Origin: Marsupella aquatica
Taxonomy: Eukaryota; Plantae; Marchantiophyta
Length of the DNA stretch: 64,000 bases
Reading direction: 5' to 3'
Assembly (NCBI GenBank): GCA_973895155.1
Contig: OZ316892.1
Location: forward strand, 2,421,223-2,485,222
In this document: positions 14,534-27,300 of the stretch, in pieces
Numbering within the stretch: position 1 is the first letter of the stretch
Layout of the letters: each line of letters opens with the position of its first letter
The notes under the pieces: model-generated
What the model was told of the DNA's origin: nothing
The model's input: only the letters and a program-made list of their open reading frames with translations
Databases searched by the model: none
Position numbers and translations under genes: made by a program

Positions 14534-15859
14534 ATGGCCTTCTCCTTGGGTGCAATGAGCGCTGCTGCAATGGTGGGCTGCCCATCAGGACTTGGCTTCA
14601 AGGACTCGTCGCTGTTAGCTCGGCCAACAACAACCGGTGGGAGGCTGAGCTCTCTTGTGCTCCCGTCCCTCAGTGTTGCAAGAAGTCCTCTTGTGAACAA
14701 GGGCAAGCGAGTTCTTGCCGCTGCCGGTCCACGCATTGGAAACAATTTGCATGAGCAGCAGAGGCCGTTGGTGTTTAAACCCTTTGAGGATTCTCCTACA
14801 GGTTCTTCTTTCGGATTCGGATTGGGTCAGCAGGTGAGGAAGAGGAAGGCAGCTCCGATTAAAGCCGCAGGAGACGCAGCAGATGCGGTGCCAGTAGAAA
14901 AGGAAGGTTTACTATCTAAGAAGTCGTTAACCACCGGATCCTTCTTCTTCGCTTGGTATTTCCTCAATGTGATCTTTAACATCTTGAACAAGAAGATCTA
15001 CAACTACTTCCCTTACCCATATTTTGTGTCCGTTATCCATTTAGTCGTGGGTGTAGTTTACTGTGTGGTCTGCTGGGGTCTTGGAGTCCCTAAGAGAGCT
15101 CCCATTGACAAGGACCTGTTGCTTTTGCTCACACCAGTCGCATTCTGCCATGCTCTGGGCCATGTGATGACCAATGTGTCATTTGCAGCTGTGGCTGTAT
15201 CCTTCACCCACACCATCAAGTCATTGGAACCCTTCTTCAACGCTGCTGCGTCGCAATTTATCCTGGGCCAGCAGATTCCGGTCGCTCTGTGGCTATCTCT
15301 GGCTCCCATTGTCTTGGGTGTGTCTGCCGCATCCATGACTGAGCTCTCTTTCAATTGGACAGGTTTCATCAGTGCCATGACTGCAAACATTGCATTTACT
15401 TACCGGAATATCTACTCGAAGAAGGCCATGACAGGAATGGACAGCACCAATGTGTACGCTTACATCTCAATTCTGTCTCTTCTCTTCTGCATCCCCCCGG
15501 CTATCATTGTGGAGGGCCCGGCTCTAATGAAAAGTGGTTTTGCGGATGCTGTTGCTAAAGTGGGGCTTCAAAAGTTCGTGTTGGATTTGTTCTGGGTGGG
15601 TATGTTCTACCATCTGTACAACCAGCTGGCTAACAACACCCTAGAGAGGGTGGCTCCCCTCACCCACGCTGTGGGCAATGTGCTGAAGAGAGTATTCGTC
15701 ATTGGATTCTCAATTATTGTGTTTGGCAACAAGATCTCCACTCAAACTGGCATTGGTACTGCCGTTGCGATTGCTGGAGTGGCAGTCTACTCCATCATCA
15801 AGGCTGACATAGAGGAAAAGAGAAGGGCTGCCGTGAAGCTCGAACCCCCTTCGAGCTAA
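14534..15859 (+). CDS. TPT: Plastid triose-phosphate/phosphate translocator, intronless CDS, 441 aa
   Basis: Ser/Ala-rich transit peptide from MAFSLGAMS; [83 protein letters not shown]. Confidence 0.95.
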   Translation: MAFSLGAMSAAAMVGCPSGLGFKDSSLLARPTTTGGRLSSLVLPSLSVARSPLVNKGKRVLAAAGPRIGNNLHEQQRPLVFKPFEDSPTGSSFGFGLGQQVRKRKAAPIKAAGDAADAVPVEKEGLLSKKSLTTGSFFFAWYFLNVIFNILNKKIYNYFPYPYFVSVIHLVVGVVYCVVCWGLGVPKRAPIDKDLLLLLTPVAFCHALGHVMTNVSFAAVAVSFTHTIKSLEPFFNAAASQFILGQQIPVALWLSLAPIVLGVSAASMTELSFNWTGFISAMTANIAFTYRNIYSKKAMTGMDSTNVYAYISILSLLFCIPPAIIVEGPALMKSGFADAVAKVGLQKFVLDLFWVGMFYHLYNQLANNTLERVAPLTHAVGNVLKRVFVIGFSIIVFGNKISTQTGIGTAVAIAGVAVYSIIKADIEEKRRAAVKLEPPSS

Positions 15860-18751
15860 ACTATGCCCCGGACGGATGCAGCGGCAGATAGGTGGATTGG
15901 ACTTCGTTTTCATCCTTTGCGGTAAGGGAGAAATTTGAAGCTGGCATTCACGAGTGGTATTTAATGTAGCCCAATCTTTGTTTCGGTACATGCAGTGCCT
16001 TCTCTTGTAGAGTTCTTTTTCACCCTTTTCACTCGATGACAGTTTTCACCCCTTTCAGATTTCTCTTTCTCTCTCTGTGAGGAAGCTACTTGTTAGGTTA
16101 CTGCTGTACTCGAAGGTGATGCTGGTTGCTCCTTGATGAGGAAACTTGGTAATTCGCCGTGTACTCTATTCCAAGCAGTAAATTAAGAGTAACGTCCGTT
16201 TGTACGACAACTAGCAAGAGTTTTGTGAGCTGCGGTTCGGTGGTGACTACTCTGTAAGTGGATGTAAATATGATGTGGGACAATGGAAACGATTCAGCAG
16301 ACGGTGCAACGAACCTGATGACAATTGTTGTCAGGTCATGTAGAAGTTGGCAAGAATCCTCTGAACTTGACGCTCCCTCTGAACTTGACGCTCCAGTCTT
16401 GTGTAAGTTTCATTCTTGGGGTATGGAGTTGGTGGGAATAACCTCCCCTTATGGGTCCATTGGATTGTCTTTCTATGCCTTCGGCTGAGATTTAGATTTA
16501 CACTGTCGACCTCCTTTGACCAACAACCTAGTCAGCTGTCAATTCTCCAACAGGATGGAATTTGAAACGACATCATTCAGGCCTGGGCTGTTGTTAGAAG
16601 GAAGGGACTTTTCATGAGGAACTGGAGCAATGGCTGGAAGGATGGGAATAGGAAAAACAGACGGGCTGGAGGAGATCCAGAAGTTTATCGGGAGTTAGAC
16701 TTGGAGCTAATTACGAGAAATTGTTTAAACTGGCCCTGAATCACACTTAACCCCCGCCCCGATTCTTGGATATATTTTGCAGCATATCAAACTTCGCCCT
16801 CGACCTCTAGAATGGGCCTTAAACTAGTGTTGCTGATTTTTACGAGACTCTTGGCTAGCTTGGTTCCTGTTTAGAAAGAATCGTTCTGGAGGTACTATGT
16901 CCAACCATGTCATTTGGAAGATTTCCTGAGTCTTCGTGGCATCCTACAAGAAGTAGGCACTTGTCACAGGAATTGCTTGACAAGTTGTCAATTCCCACCT
17001 TTTCTTAGAATTACTCGCAACATGAATGCAATTGGATTCTCATTCGATATCTGTCCTTTGTAAGTCAATTGGCATGAACGAAAATATCACTTTTCTCGCA
17101 CAACCTTCAACTAGTGGTCTTCCCTACTTTGTGTGTCCTTTTGTCCTTATCTCATTTAAGTAGTAGTGTTGTCCCATCACTGGTGTAGGTTACATCACAC
17201 CAATATTCAAGGGGCTTGGTGGCAAGACAGGATACAGTTGTCTTCCCTGTTTTGAACAATCACCAAGGTTTATTGCAGCTTATTTCTCTGCCCTTCTAAT
17301 CTCCAGTGACGACACTTGCTACCATGTGTCTATGCTTCTCTTCAATATTAGGACTTTGCCTTAATATTTCACGCGAGTTGTGTCCGGTCTGACAACTTGG
17401 TCAATTTTCTTGGTTGCTGGGCCCTGTGAATCCTACTCCTCACATGCACTCCCTATTCTGAAGATGATTATCGAAACCTGTTACGAGCAATCGGTTCCTC
17501 CAAACTGGTTAATTGTGGTCCCCTTTTCTCTTCTGGTTCAGCAAGTTTTACCATTGTTAAACAAGTGTGAGAAACATGCTTCATCACCTCATTGCATTCC
17601 ACTAGTTAGAGTGGGAAGGGAGATCGGATTCCTGATAACTTAAACAGGGTTATTTGATGTGTTAGCACAAGGCTAAGATCCTACCAACTACACGACTTAG
17701 TAGTTGGTCAGTTGAGTAGCCAAAGCTTGTCCGTTGCAAATATCCCTTGTCCTCTAATTCCATTGTTAATCGCATCCATTGCAGTTGATCATATACGATT
17801 GCACCAGCCTTGTTACCTCTAGCTTGCAGTTCATACTGACTCATGATGGTGGTGAAAACCAACTGAACAAGTGGCTCCCGCCGTTGGTGGGTCTTTTGGG
17901 TCGGCAGTTGTGCACACAGCACCTTCACTCACACACTGCTACCACACGTGTGTGCACTTACTTTAATGTCTGACCCAGGGTTATCATTGACGAGTCCGAC
18001 TACCAACGGATTTACTCCTTGATGAAGATTTAGTTCCCTTTATACTGAACATGCTTAAGAGACGGAAAGAAAGGGTATTTCATCTGGAGTGGGTCCTTCA
18101 AGCTCAAATCAATTCCGAATCATCAGTGGCAGAGGAGTCGACTCAATTAGTAAAAATATTAGTACTGCCTTATTACAGCAAACTTTGGTTAATTGCAATT
18201 GTTCGCCTCGAGAAAACATTGCACTCGGAGAGGTTTGCAGAACAGGATAAATGCAGTTCGGAGTTAAGGCTTCAATAGCCAAGGAGGACATGGGAGAGTT
18301 TGAAAACATTTAAGGTGCCGGTTGGCACTTTCTATTTGCATACACAGGTTTGCAAAGTCTATCGACAACGGCCGACTTTCGGGAAGAGAGAAGAACTCTA
18401 ATGCAACACACTGCAAGAGCAAGTCCTTCCCACTTTGACAAGAAGCCAAATACAATTAAAAACCATAAGGTGGCACCTCAAATTAGGAATTTCTCATTCG
18501 TAAATGGTTAAGAGCATGCAAGTGAGCTGTGTCCCAATGCCACAAAAAAACCTAGACATATACACTAACTAAGCCATGGCCAATGTAAATTAGACGGCCC
18601 TGCATCTCGTACTCGGCCAGAAACCCACTCAGAAAACTTAGATAACTGCAGCCTACAACAGGGCTTTTACTGTAGTTGCAAGTATGGATAAACACAAGGT
18701 CCACTCGTTCTTTATATGTAACTTAAAAATGCCAATACAGTAAACCAGTTT

Positions 18752-18942
18752 CCTGATTTCATCTGCCGGTTCGCTGTCGAACGGGAGGCAGAGAAACGTC
18801 AGCTGCAGCTGATACAACTCGAACTCGGCTTTTATCTCGTCCACTTTTCTCTTACACTCGGTCTCATTGTCATTTTTCTGCCATCGCATGTCGCACAATT
18901 GTATATTGGAGAGGAGTAAAGATCAAGCTGGGTACGGCTCAT
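18752..18942 (-). pseudogene. Truncated third BTB paralog (exon-1 fragment only)
   Basis: MSRTQLDLYSSPIYNCATC, a frameshift, then QKNDNETECKRKVDEIKAEFELYQLQLTFLCLPFDSEPADEIRK fused directly to 3' flanking sequence; BTB domain deleted. Confidence 0.85.
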
Positions 18943-20234
18943 CAGTACTACGTCATTCCTTGGCTTAATTGCGATTGCTCGCCCCGAGAAACATTGCACT
19001 CAGAGAGATCTGCAGAACAGGATAAATGCAGTTTGAAGTTGTGGTTTCAACAGCCAAGGAGGTCATGGGAGGTTTGAGAACATTCAAGGTGTCGGTTGGC
19101 AATTTCTCAGTGCATACACACGTTTGCACAGTCTATCGACAAAGGCCGACTTTCTGGAAGAGAAAAGAAGTCTAATGCAAAAATTTACAGGAGCTAGTTC
19201 TTCCCTCTTTGACAAGAAACCAACCCTCGTTAAAAACCGTAATGTGTCACCTCGAATATGAACTTTCCGTTATGAATCCGTTCCGAAATGGATAATAGCG
19301 TGCAGGTGAGATGTGTCTCAATGCCACATAACAAACTAGACATATACACTAACTACGCCATGGACAAGACAATAGTGATGGCAATCACGGCAACCACGGC
19401 ATCCTGCTTGGTACTCGGCCGAGAAACCCACTCAGAAAACTAAGATAACTGCAGCCTACACGTGGGCCTTGACTTGCAAGTATGGATAAATACAACGTCC
19501 ACTCGTTCTTTACATGTATTGTAATTTCAACTTAAAATGCCAATACAGTAAACCAGGTTTTCAATTAAATATTTGTCTTCTGGTCCAAATTGGACTTATG
19601 GGGAGATTAAGTATGGTGCACTCCATGCATTTTCTTTTAATTCTTGGCTAAAAGGTGCAATAAGCAGGGATTTCATTTGCAGAGTTTCCAATTACGGTGA
19701 TTCTATTGGCCCACTTCTGTCAACTAATGTTGGCAATGTTCAGTCCCAAACATGCATGTCAGCAGACGAATGTGAGCGCCAAACTATGCAGGGATGAGCA
19801 TTCTATAGGAAAAACGCAAGCACGGGGAAAACGTAGAGGATAGACCGGGAATCTGAAGGGAGGGTCTTGATCGATTGGTTTACGAGAATCCATTTCAGCA
19901 GCTAGTCTTAGATTTTATCGATGATCACTCAATTCAATTAATGCTGACCCACAGGCGAGGGAGAAACTAATGTTCCAAGTGCCTGTATGTGTTTCGCGGG
20001 CTGGAACTCAACGCAGGCTAGCTTGCAGAATTAGGCAAGTTGAATGTCACTATTTCGAATCCGTCTATAACATCCTTTTCAAGGAAGAATGAAATCGATT
20101 TCAAGAGCGGATGGCAAAAGCTTGCCGGCAGTAAGAAGGAAGGCCTTACAGAATGTCCATATCACCGTAATCGATGGAACGGAGCCTGGAAGACAAACTC
20201 CCTTTTGTGGCTTGTAAGTTCTTGCAAAGCGTGG

Positions 20235-20984
20235 CTAACAGAATTCTGTCAGCACTGCACTAATGACGTTGTCGAAATTGTCTTTCAAGTACTTTATTGC
20301 TGCCGTTTCGAGGCGTGGAGCGTCAAATCTCTTGGCCAACCTCAACCTATTCGGCAGGTTGTTTTGGTTGAGAGTTTGGATCAGATGCTCCTCGCATGTC
20401 TTGTGGAGGAGACTTATCGCATACTTGTGTGCAACTACCAGTACGTCTTCGCCAGTCACCTCGTCGGTGAAGGAAATGTCGGCATTATAGCAGAAGTTGA
20501 TCACTGCCCGCATGACCGGGAGCGTGGCATCATCAATGTGAACGACTCCTGTTTCCCCTTCCAGCATCTCAGTTTCGAACATTTTGGAGAACACAGTTGA
20601 TCTGGTGGTCTGCACCATTGTCAACGACGAGAAAGTCAAGACACAGCTAGAATCATTTTCTCGTTCTATGCAAGAACTTGTGTGTCAACGATACCGGACG
20701 ACACTCACCAAAATAAACGTGTGGGCGTGCAGCACTTCATCTGACTTCCCTTGGACTATGAGTAGCACGTCCCCTTTCCTGATTTCATCTTCCTGTTCAC
20801 TGTCGAACGGGAGGCAGAGAAACTTCAGCTTCAACTGGTACAACTCGAACTCGGCTTTTATCTCGTCCACTTTTGTCTTACACTCGTTCTCAATGTCATT
20901 TTTCTGCCGATCCGTGCATGCCGCACAAGTGTATCTTGTAGATAAGAAAGTACTAAGGTGGGTTTGGCAGCCAGAACAACTCAT
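20235..20984 (-). CDS. Zinc-finger/coiled-coil/BTB-POZ protein (At4g08455-like), copy B; exons 20984-20709 and 20609-20235
   Basis: CxxC..CxxC N-terminus, LKLKFL, GDVLLIV..LHAHTFIL|TTRSTVFSKMFETEMLEGETGVVHIDD...AHKYAISLLHKTCEEHL. Confidence 0.9.
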
Positions 20985-22858
20985 CTTGAAACTCGCACTA
21001 TGGCGAAAGGCGACCTCAGATCACATTCTTTCTCTTAACGAGCTCAGAAACCTCTCAGGAATGAACGAGCAAAAATACTGAACAGATTTCATTTTTGAGA
21101 GGTTTTGGCGCTACCGCAGGAGTTCCTCACTTCGCAGGGTTTAGGGTTTACGGGGACAGAACAATTTCGTTTCAAGGTGGGTTGCCGTGCTAAGAAGCTC
21201 GCCTCGCTGGCTAAAATGGTACTTCTTGTTTCCCACCTCAATTCGATTTAAAGATAGCAAGGCAAGCCGAATCTTTACTCCTTTCAGCGCTTCGGCAGTT
21301 GTGCAGGATCATCACTACAGTAGGATCCAGACACTTCTATTTAAGCCTACCACTTTAATTTTAGAACACAATTTTCTGAAGATAGTTTACGTATTCTAAT
21401 AACCTATTGGTCATCAGATTTCATATTTGTATGTGCACTTCTTTAATGTTTGACCCAGGGTTATCATTGACGAGCCCGACTACCAAGGTTTACACTCTTA
21501 CTGACCGTGCCTAAAAGACGAACAAATAGGAATTTTTCACCTGAACTGGGTCAACTCAAACAGTGGAAAAGTCAGTACTGCCTCGTTACTGTCACCTGTG
21601 GTCAATTGCAATTGTTCGCCCCGACAAAACATTGCACTCAGAGAGGTTTGCAAAACAGGCAAAACAGGCAAAACAGCCACGGCGGAAATGGGAGGGTTTG
21701 AGAGCATTTAATTAAGGTGGCGGTTGGCACTTTCTCAATGCATGCACAGGTTTGCACTGTCTATCGACAATGGCCGACTTTCAGGATCAGAAAAGAAGTC
21801 TAATGCAACACATTGCAGAAGCAGGTCCTTCAGGAGGAGAAAAGAAGCCAACTACTGTACATTTATAAACCATGAGGTGGCACCTCCAATTATGAATTTT
21901 CCGCTCGGAAATGGTTACGAGCATCCATCCAAGTGCCTTGTGTACCAATGGCACATAAAAAACTATGCCATGGACAAGGTAAAATTGATGGCGATCATGA
22001 CACCCTACAACTGGTACTCGGACGAGAAACCCACTCAGAAAACTTAGACAATTGCAACCTATACAAAGGCTTTTGCTGAAGTTGCAAGTATGGATAAATG
22101 CAACCTCCACCTCGTTCTTTATATGCATTGTGAATTTTCAACTTAAAATGCCAATGCAGTGAACCAGGTTTTCAATGAACCATTAGCCTTCTGGTCCAAA
22201 TTGGACTTATGGGCGATGAAGTTTCGTGCACTCCCTTGCATTGTCTTTTGATTCTCGACCAGAAAGTCCAATAAGCCAGGGATTTCACTTACAGAGTTTA
22301 CAATTGCGGTGGCTCTATTGACCCACTACTGTCAACTAATACTGGTAATGTTCAGTGCCAAACACGCACGTCAGCAGAGGAATTTGAGCACCAAACTATG
22401 CAGGGATGAGCATTCTATAGGGAAAACGCAAGAACGGCGAGAACCTGGAGGATAGACCAGGAATCTGAAGGGGAGGATTTTGATCGATTGGTTTAAGAGA
22501 ATCCATTTCAGCAGCTAGTCTTAGATTCTATCGATGACGACTCAAATTAATTGACGCTGACCCACAGTCGAGTGAGAAAATAATAGTCATTTGGTCACCA
22601 CTTTGTCCAAGTGCCTATATGTGTTTCCCAGGCTGGAAGTCTACGAAGGATTCGCCTAGCTTGCAGAATTAGATACGTTGAATGTCACCATTTCGAATCT
22701 GCCTATAACATCCTTTTCGAGCAAGAATGAAACCGATTCCAAGAGTGGATGGCAAAAGCTTGCCGGCCATAAGAAGGAAGGCCTTACAGACTGTCAATAT
22801 CACCCTAGTCGGAAGACAAATTCCCTGTCTGTGCTTTGTAAGTTCATGCAAAGAGTGG

Positions 22859-23614
22859 CTAACATAATTCTGTCAGCACTGCACTAATGACGCTGTCGAA
22901 ATTGTCTTTCAAGTACTTTGTTGCCGCTGTTTCGAGACGTGGAGCGTCAATTCTCTTGGCCAACCTCAACCTTTTCGGCAGGTTGTTTTGGTCGAAAGTT
23001 TGGATCAGATGCTCCTCGCATGTCTTCTGAAGGAGAGTTATCGCATACTTGTGTGCAACTACCAGTACGTCTTCGCCAGTCACCTCGTCGGTGAAGGTAA
23101 TGTCGGCATTATAGCAGAACTTGATCACTGCCCGCATGACCGGGAGCGTGGCATCATCAATGTGAACGACTCCTGTCTCCCCTTCCAGCATCTCGGTCTC
23201 GAACATTTTGGAAAACACAGTTGATCTGGTGGCCTGCCTAATTGTCAACGAGGAGAAAGTCAAGACACAGCTAGAATCATTTTCTCGTTCTATGCAAGAA
23301 CTTGTGTGTCAACGATGAAGGACGACACTCACCAAAATAAACCTGTGTGCGTGTAGCGCTTCATCTGAATTCCCTTGGACTATGAGTAGCACGTCCCCTT
23401 TCCTGATTTCATCTGCCGGTTCACTGTCGAAAGGGAGGGAGAGAAACTTCAGCTTCAAATCGAAGTCAGCTTTCATGTCGTCCGCTTTTCTGTTCCACTC
23501 GGTCTCATTGTCATTTTTCTGCCGATTCGTGCATCGCTCACAAGTGTATCTTATATTCCCGAATGGACTCCCGAATGCCCCGCTAACAGAGGTACGGCAG
23601 CTAGTACAACTCAT
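22859..23614 (-). CDS. Zinc-finger/coiled-coil/BTB-POZ protein (At4g08455-like), copy C; exons 23614-23333 and 23233-22859
   Basis: Same structure and intron as copy B; LHAHRFIL|ATRSTVFSKMFETEM. TTTAGGGTT telo-box-like motif upstream of both copies (~21140, ~23692). Confidence 0.9.
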
Positions 23615-24363
23615 CTTGAAACTCACACTAGGGCGAAACGCGACCTCAGATCACATTCTCGCTGCCACAGGAAGTTCCTCACGGCACAGGGTTTAGGGTT
23701 CACACGGACAAAACAATTTCGTTTCAAGGTGGGTTGCCGTGCTAATAAGCTTATTCATTCAGCATTTCAGCAGTTGTGCAGGATCATCTCCTATGTCTAA
23801 AGTGGGACCCAGAAAGTTCTATTTAAGCCACCACTCTTTAATTTTAAAACTAATTTGTTTGAAGATAGTTTCAAGTATTCTAATTACCTATTATATAAAT
23901 CTATTGGTCATCAGATTACATATTTCCAGGTAGTTTGAATTTCTGTATTCCCAAGCAATTGTAGTCTTGTTTCCTTACCTTATTTTCATTTATTGTAGAT
24001 CCGTTCCTACTTTGGCGGAATCTTCTTTTCCCTTGGACTCAATCTTCACGTCCAGCTGCAGTCGAGATTAAAATGGTTTCTTGGTAATATGGAGTAAAAT
24101 AAAATGCCACCATGGAATCATGAGAGAAAACTACTGTAGACAACCAATCAAAACCCATCCCGCAAAGAAATGATTTCCGAGTTGCTTGTGAGGCTCTGAA
24201 ACTGGCCTAGCAGTCGATCTTTCTTTGAGCAAAAAATGACCTTTGACTCATCAGCTACTACAGAGTCATCGGATGGTCCGCTGTTCATTCCTGTGGCCGT
24301 TGGTTGACTATAATTTTCATGGGAACCTTCGTGAGTTGAGGACAGCGACCCCGAGCTGGAGAC

Positions 24364-27300
24364 ATGAGCCTGCGCGTTTCGGACAAGGGCCGAATCGCCG
24401 TGTTAGCTTTTGGTACTCATGGAGATGTGTTGCCTGTTGCTGTAAGCTCTTGCCCCCTAACTTGGGTCATGCTGCATCTTCTGGAGGATTAGTAGTATAA
24501 ATTTGTGAAAAAGTCAATGATTCTCATTCACACAATGATTCTCATTCACAGCTTGTACGTTCTCTAAGGATCGATTCATCGTGCCATACATATTGGATCT
24601 GTAATAAAATGTCCCTTTAGATCCTACCCTTCGACCACTCTTGAAGGGTTCCCTCCTTCTCAGCCTACTGACTCGTTGGATTTGTGATTTTTTCAGGTTG
24701 TCGCAGCTGAATTGGCCAAGAGCAAGCCAAATTTCACTATAACATTCATCACTCATTCTGCTCACAAGGTGTTATAAGTCTTCCCTTCAGGTTCATTTCA
24801 CTTATCTGCAAATTCTAGCATCTAATTGCTAAAATGTTAAGGATATTTCTGGGACTCGTCTGCCAGTAAGATGCGAAGATCAAAAGAGTTAAAATTAGGG
24901 GTTCTTTCTCCAGAAAGAGAAGTTATCCTGAATATGAAGCCCATGGAGGAAATTTTTCGGGTCTGCCAGAATTACTGCCAGAGACTTGGCGTCCTATCTG
25001 TGGCAGCTTCTGCAAGGAGAATAATTGTCAGAAATTTTATCTAGGTTCTCTTTTCAAGTCTGCATCAACAGCATTTTGGGAACGAGAAACTGGTTTTTTG
25101 AGGCAGTTCCTGTTTTAACGAGGGGGCACTGATATTACCCAAGGACCCAAGGATGTCCACTAGAGTGGCAGATTGCTACCATATTGTAGAGAATCTCTGT
25201 GAGTTATAGAAATGATTCAAAGTTGCTCAAACGATAAGCGAGCCAAGCACTCTGAACGAATGAATGGTTCTCGAAGGTTCAGATTCCTTAATGAGAGAAG
25301 ACCGAGAATATCCGAAGTAGGAAATGCGCCTGACGTGATAAAAAAATAAAATAGGAGGTGAATTGACAAGGGGAACTACTGCTAACTCGGACTAAATCAT
25401 ATGCACAACAGTATTCTTGCGTTTCAATAATTTTGATTTTGGGAACAGTTTTTGGAAGGGCCGCTTGGTTCAGCTGGGGTTTTCTTCCATCCAATCTCTA
25501 CTGCCCCTATTGTATTGCCACCTGAAGACGCCGCCATAGATCCTTCACACTTGCAGTCTTCTGAAATTGGTGAGTTTATAGCATTGCCCTAGGTTGGGAT
25601 TGCTAATTTTGTGCTTGATTTATGACAATTTACGTTCGTCAGAGTGAATCGATGGTTGTTGACCATTTGACACTGCCTGCTGTAAATTCTATGTGTGACT
25701 CAAAAGTTTAAGAGTTTTCCATCCTGACTATGCTGAATGCACATCAACGTCATTTCTGACTGCTTTAATTCACAAAAATGTCGAATAACAGATTCACGCT
25801 TGTCCAGGAAACCCCAAAGCAGCCGCCAAAGACTATTGGAAGACGAACATCGAACAACAACATCGTGAAGAGTGTCTCTTGGCCGTAGAACAAGTATTTG
25901 GGCAACAAACGGATGACGGCCTCGACTTCATCCTCTTCAATTTTTTTGCCCTGGTTGGTGATTACGTGGGAAATGCTACTTTATAGCAGCACTGTCTTTA
26001 AAAGTGTTCGCAAAAAACTGCGATTATAGGATGTCTTTCCACCCTGAGGTTTCTCCCAAGTGAACAGTAAAGCGAGTTAGTGAGAGAAGTATTCTACATT
26101 GTGACCCTGAGAGATCATGTTTTGATAAGTGATTAGTCGTGAAGATTTGATCCACAAGACCGTATTAGGAGTTCTGATATTCCACCTGTCTTTGCATCAC
26201 CAGGAAGGATGGCACCTAGCCGAGTTGTATCAGGTTCCTTGTGCAGTTGCCGCACCTTATGTCGTACCTTACAGGTAAAGACTCTGTCGTGGGCAGTTTT
26301 CAATGTGGCGTGCATTTCTTTCACATTCAAAGTTACCGCGAATTGATATAACAGCTTGATCATGCGTCATGTCATAAACCAAGGAAAGAGGTCAGTCAAT
26401 CAACATGTATAAAGAAGGGACATAAAGATGTTTTTGTGGGCTGATTTCAGCTTGCAGTTTAAGTTCCTTGTTCATTGCAAGTTCTGCAAACAGTTCTGAC
26501 TTTCGCCTATAGATTTTAAGTTCAACCACCTAATGATGCTGTCGGATGTAATCTCAGTGCACCTGCATCAGTTGAGCGGAAGTTCCAAACTGTTCAACCC
26601 TTGCTGTATGAGCGTCTACAGCACTCCGTGCCTGGCGAGGTACTGCTAGAATTCCTGGGGCTGTATCATTTGATTCCTTCTCAAGCCTTGTGTATTTGAC
26701 ATTGACATCGATCACGAACTTCATTTATAGGTCCCATGCTTTGGCCTTATTTTTGGATACACGTACGCTGAGTATCATGTTCATAGCTTGGCAGAACTAT
26801 CGAAACGGGCTTTGGTTTTAAACGTTTCTTTAATTGCACTCGTTAGAGTTGGCCAGGACTAGAGATTTATATTCTCCTTGATATGTGCGTACTGCGATCA
26901 TATCTTTATCTTTCTGGATCATCACTATAGAATTTCATTGTTTTGGTGGTGGGAGCAGGTTGGATGGGGTGAAGTCATGCATTGGATGTGGCCACTATTC
27001 ACAGATCGTTGGACTGAATGGCGTTCACGTCGTCTGCATCTCAGTGCTTGTCCCTTGACGGTTGTTTTCTAGCCTTCTTATTTATGTCCCAAATGTTCTC
27101 GTCACCAGCGAAATAGATTATTTCCAGTAGGAACTTGAGAGAGAAGTCTCATTCATGCAGATGGAGCAGTGGTTGTTAACAACAATCTCTAAAGTAACGG
27201 TCTATCTAATAGCAGTTTGCTATGTCAGATTTGGATCAGGCGATGCCATCCGGAGTTCATTTTTTTATCACGTGGCTCTCAAATATTCCTCAATGAATTT

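Larger units (their letters stand above)
17950..23930. repeat. Tandem segmental triplication of a ~2.5-kb BTB-gene unit (A ~17950-18942, B ~18943-21430, C ~21431-23930)
   Basis: tgtgcactt.ctttaatgt.tgacccagggttatcattgacgag.ccgactaccaa at 17951 and 21432; aaacccactcagaaaactta, gtctatcgacaa.ggccgacttt and others in all three copies. Confidence 0.92.

Noticed and set aside
16500-17940. Possible decayed retroelement between TPT and the BTB array
   Set aside because: No diagnostic motif could be reconstructed.
20040-21081. Long plus-strand ORFs over the BTB genes
   Set aside because: Antisense shadows of the minus-strand coding sequence.
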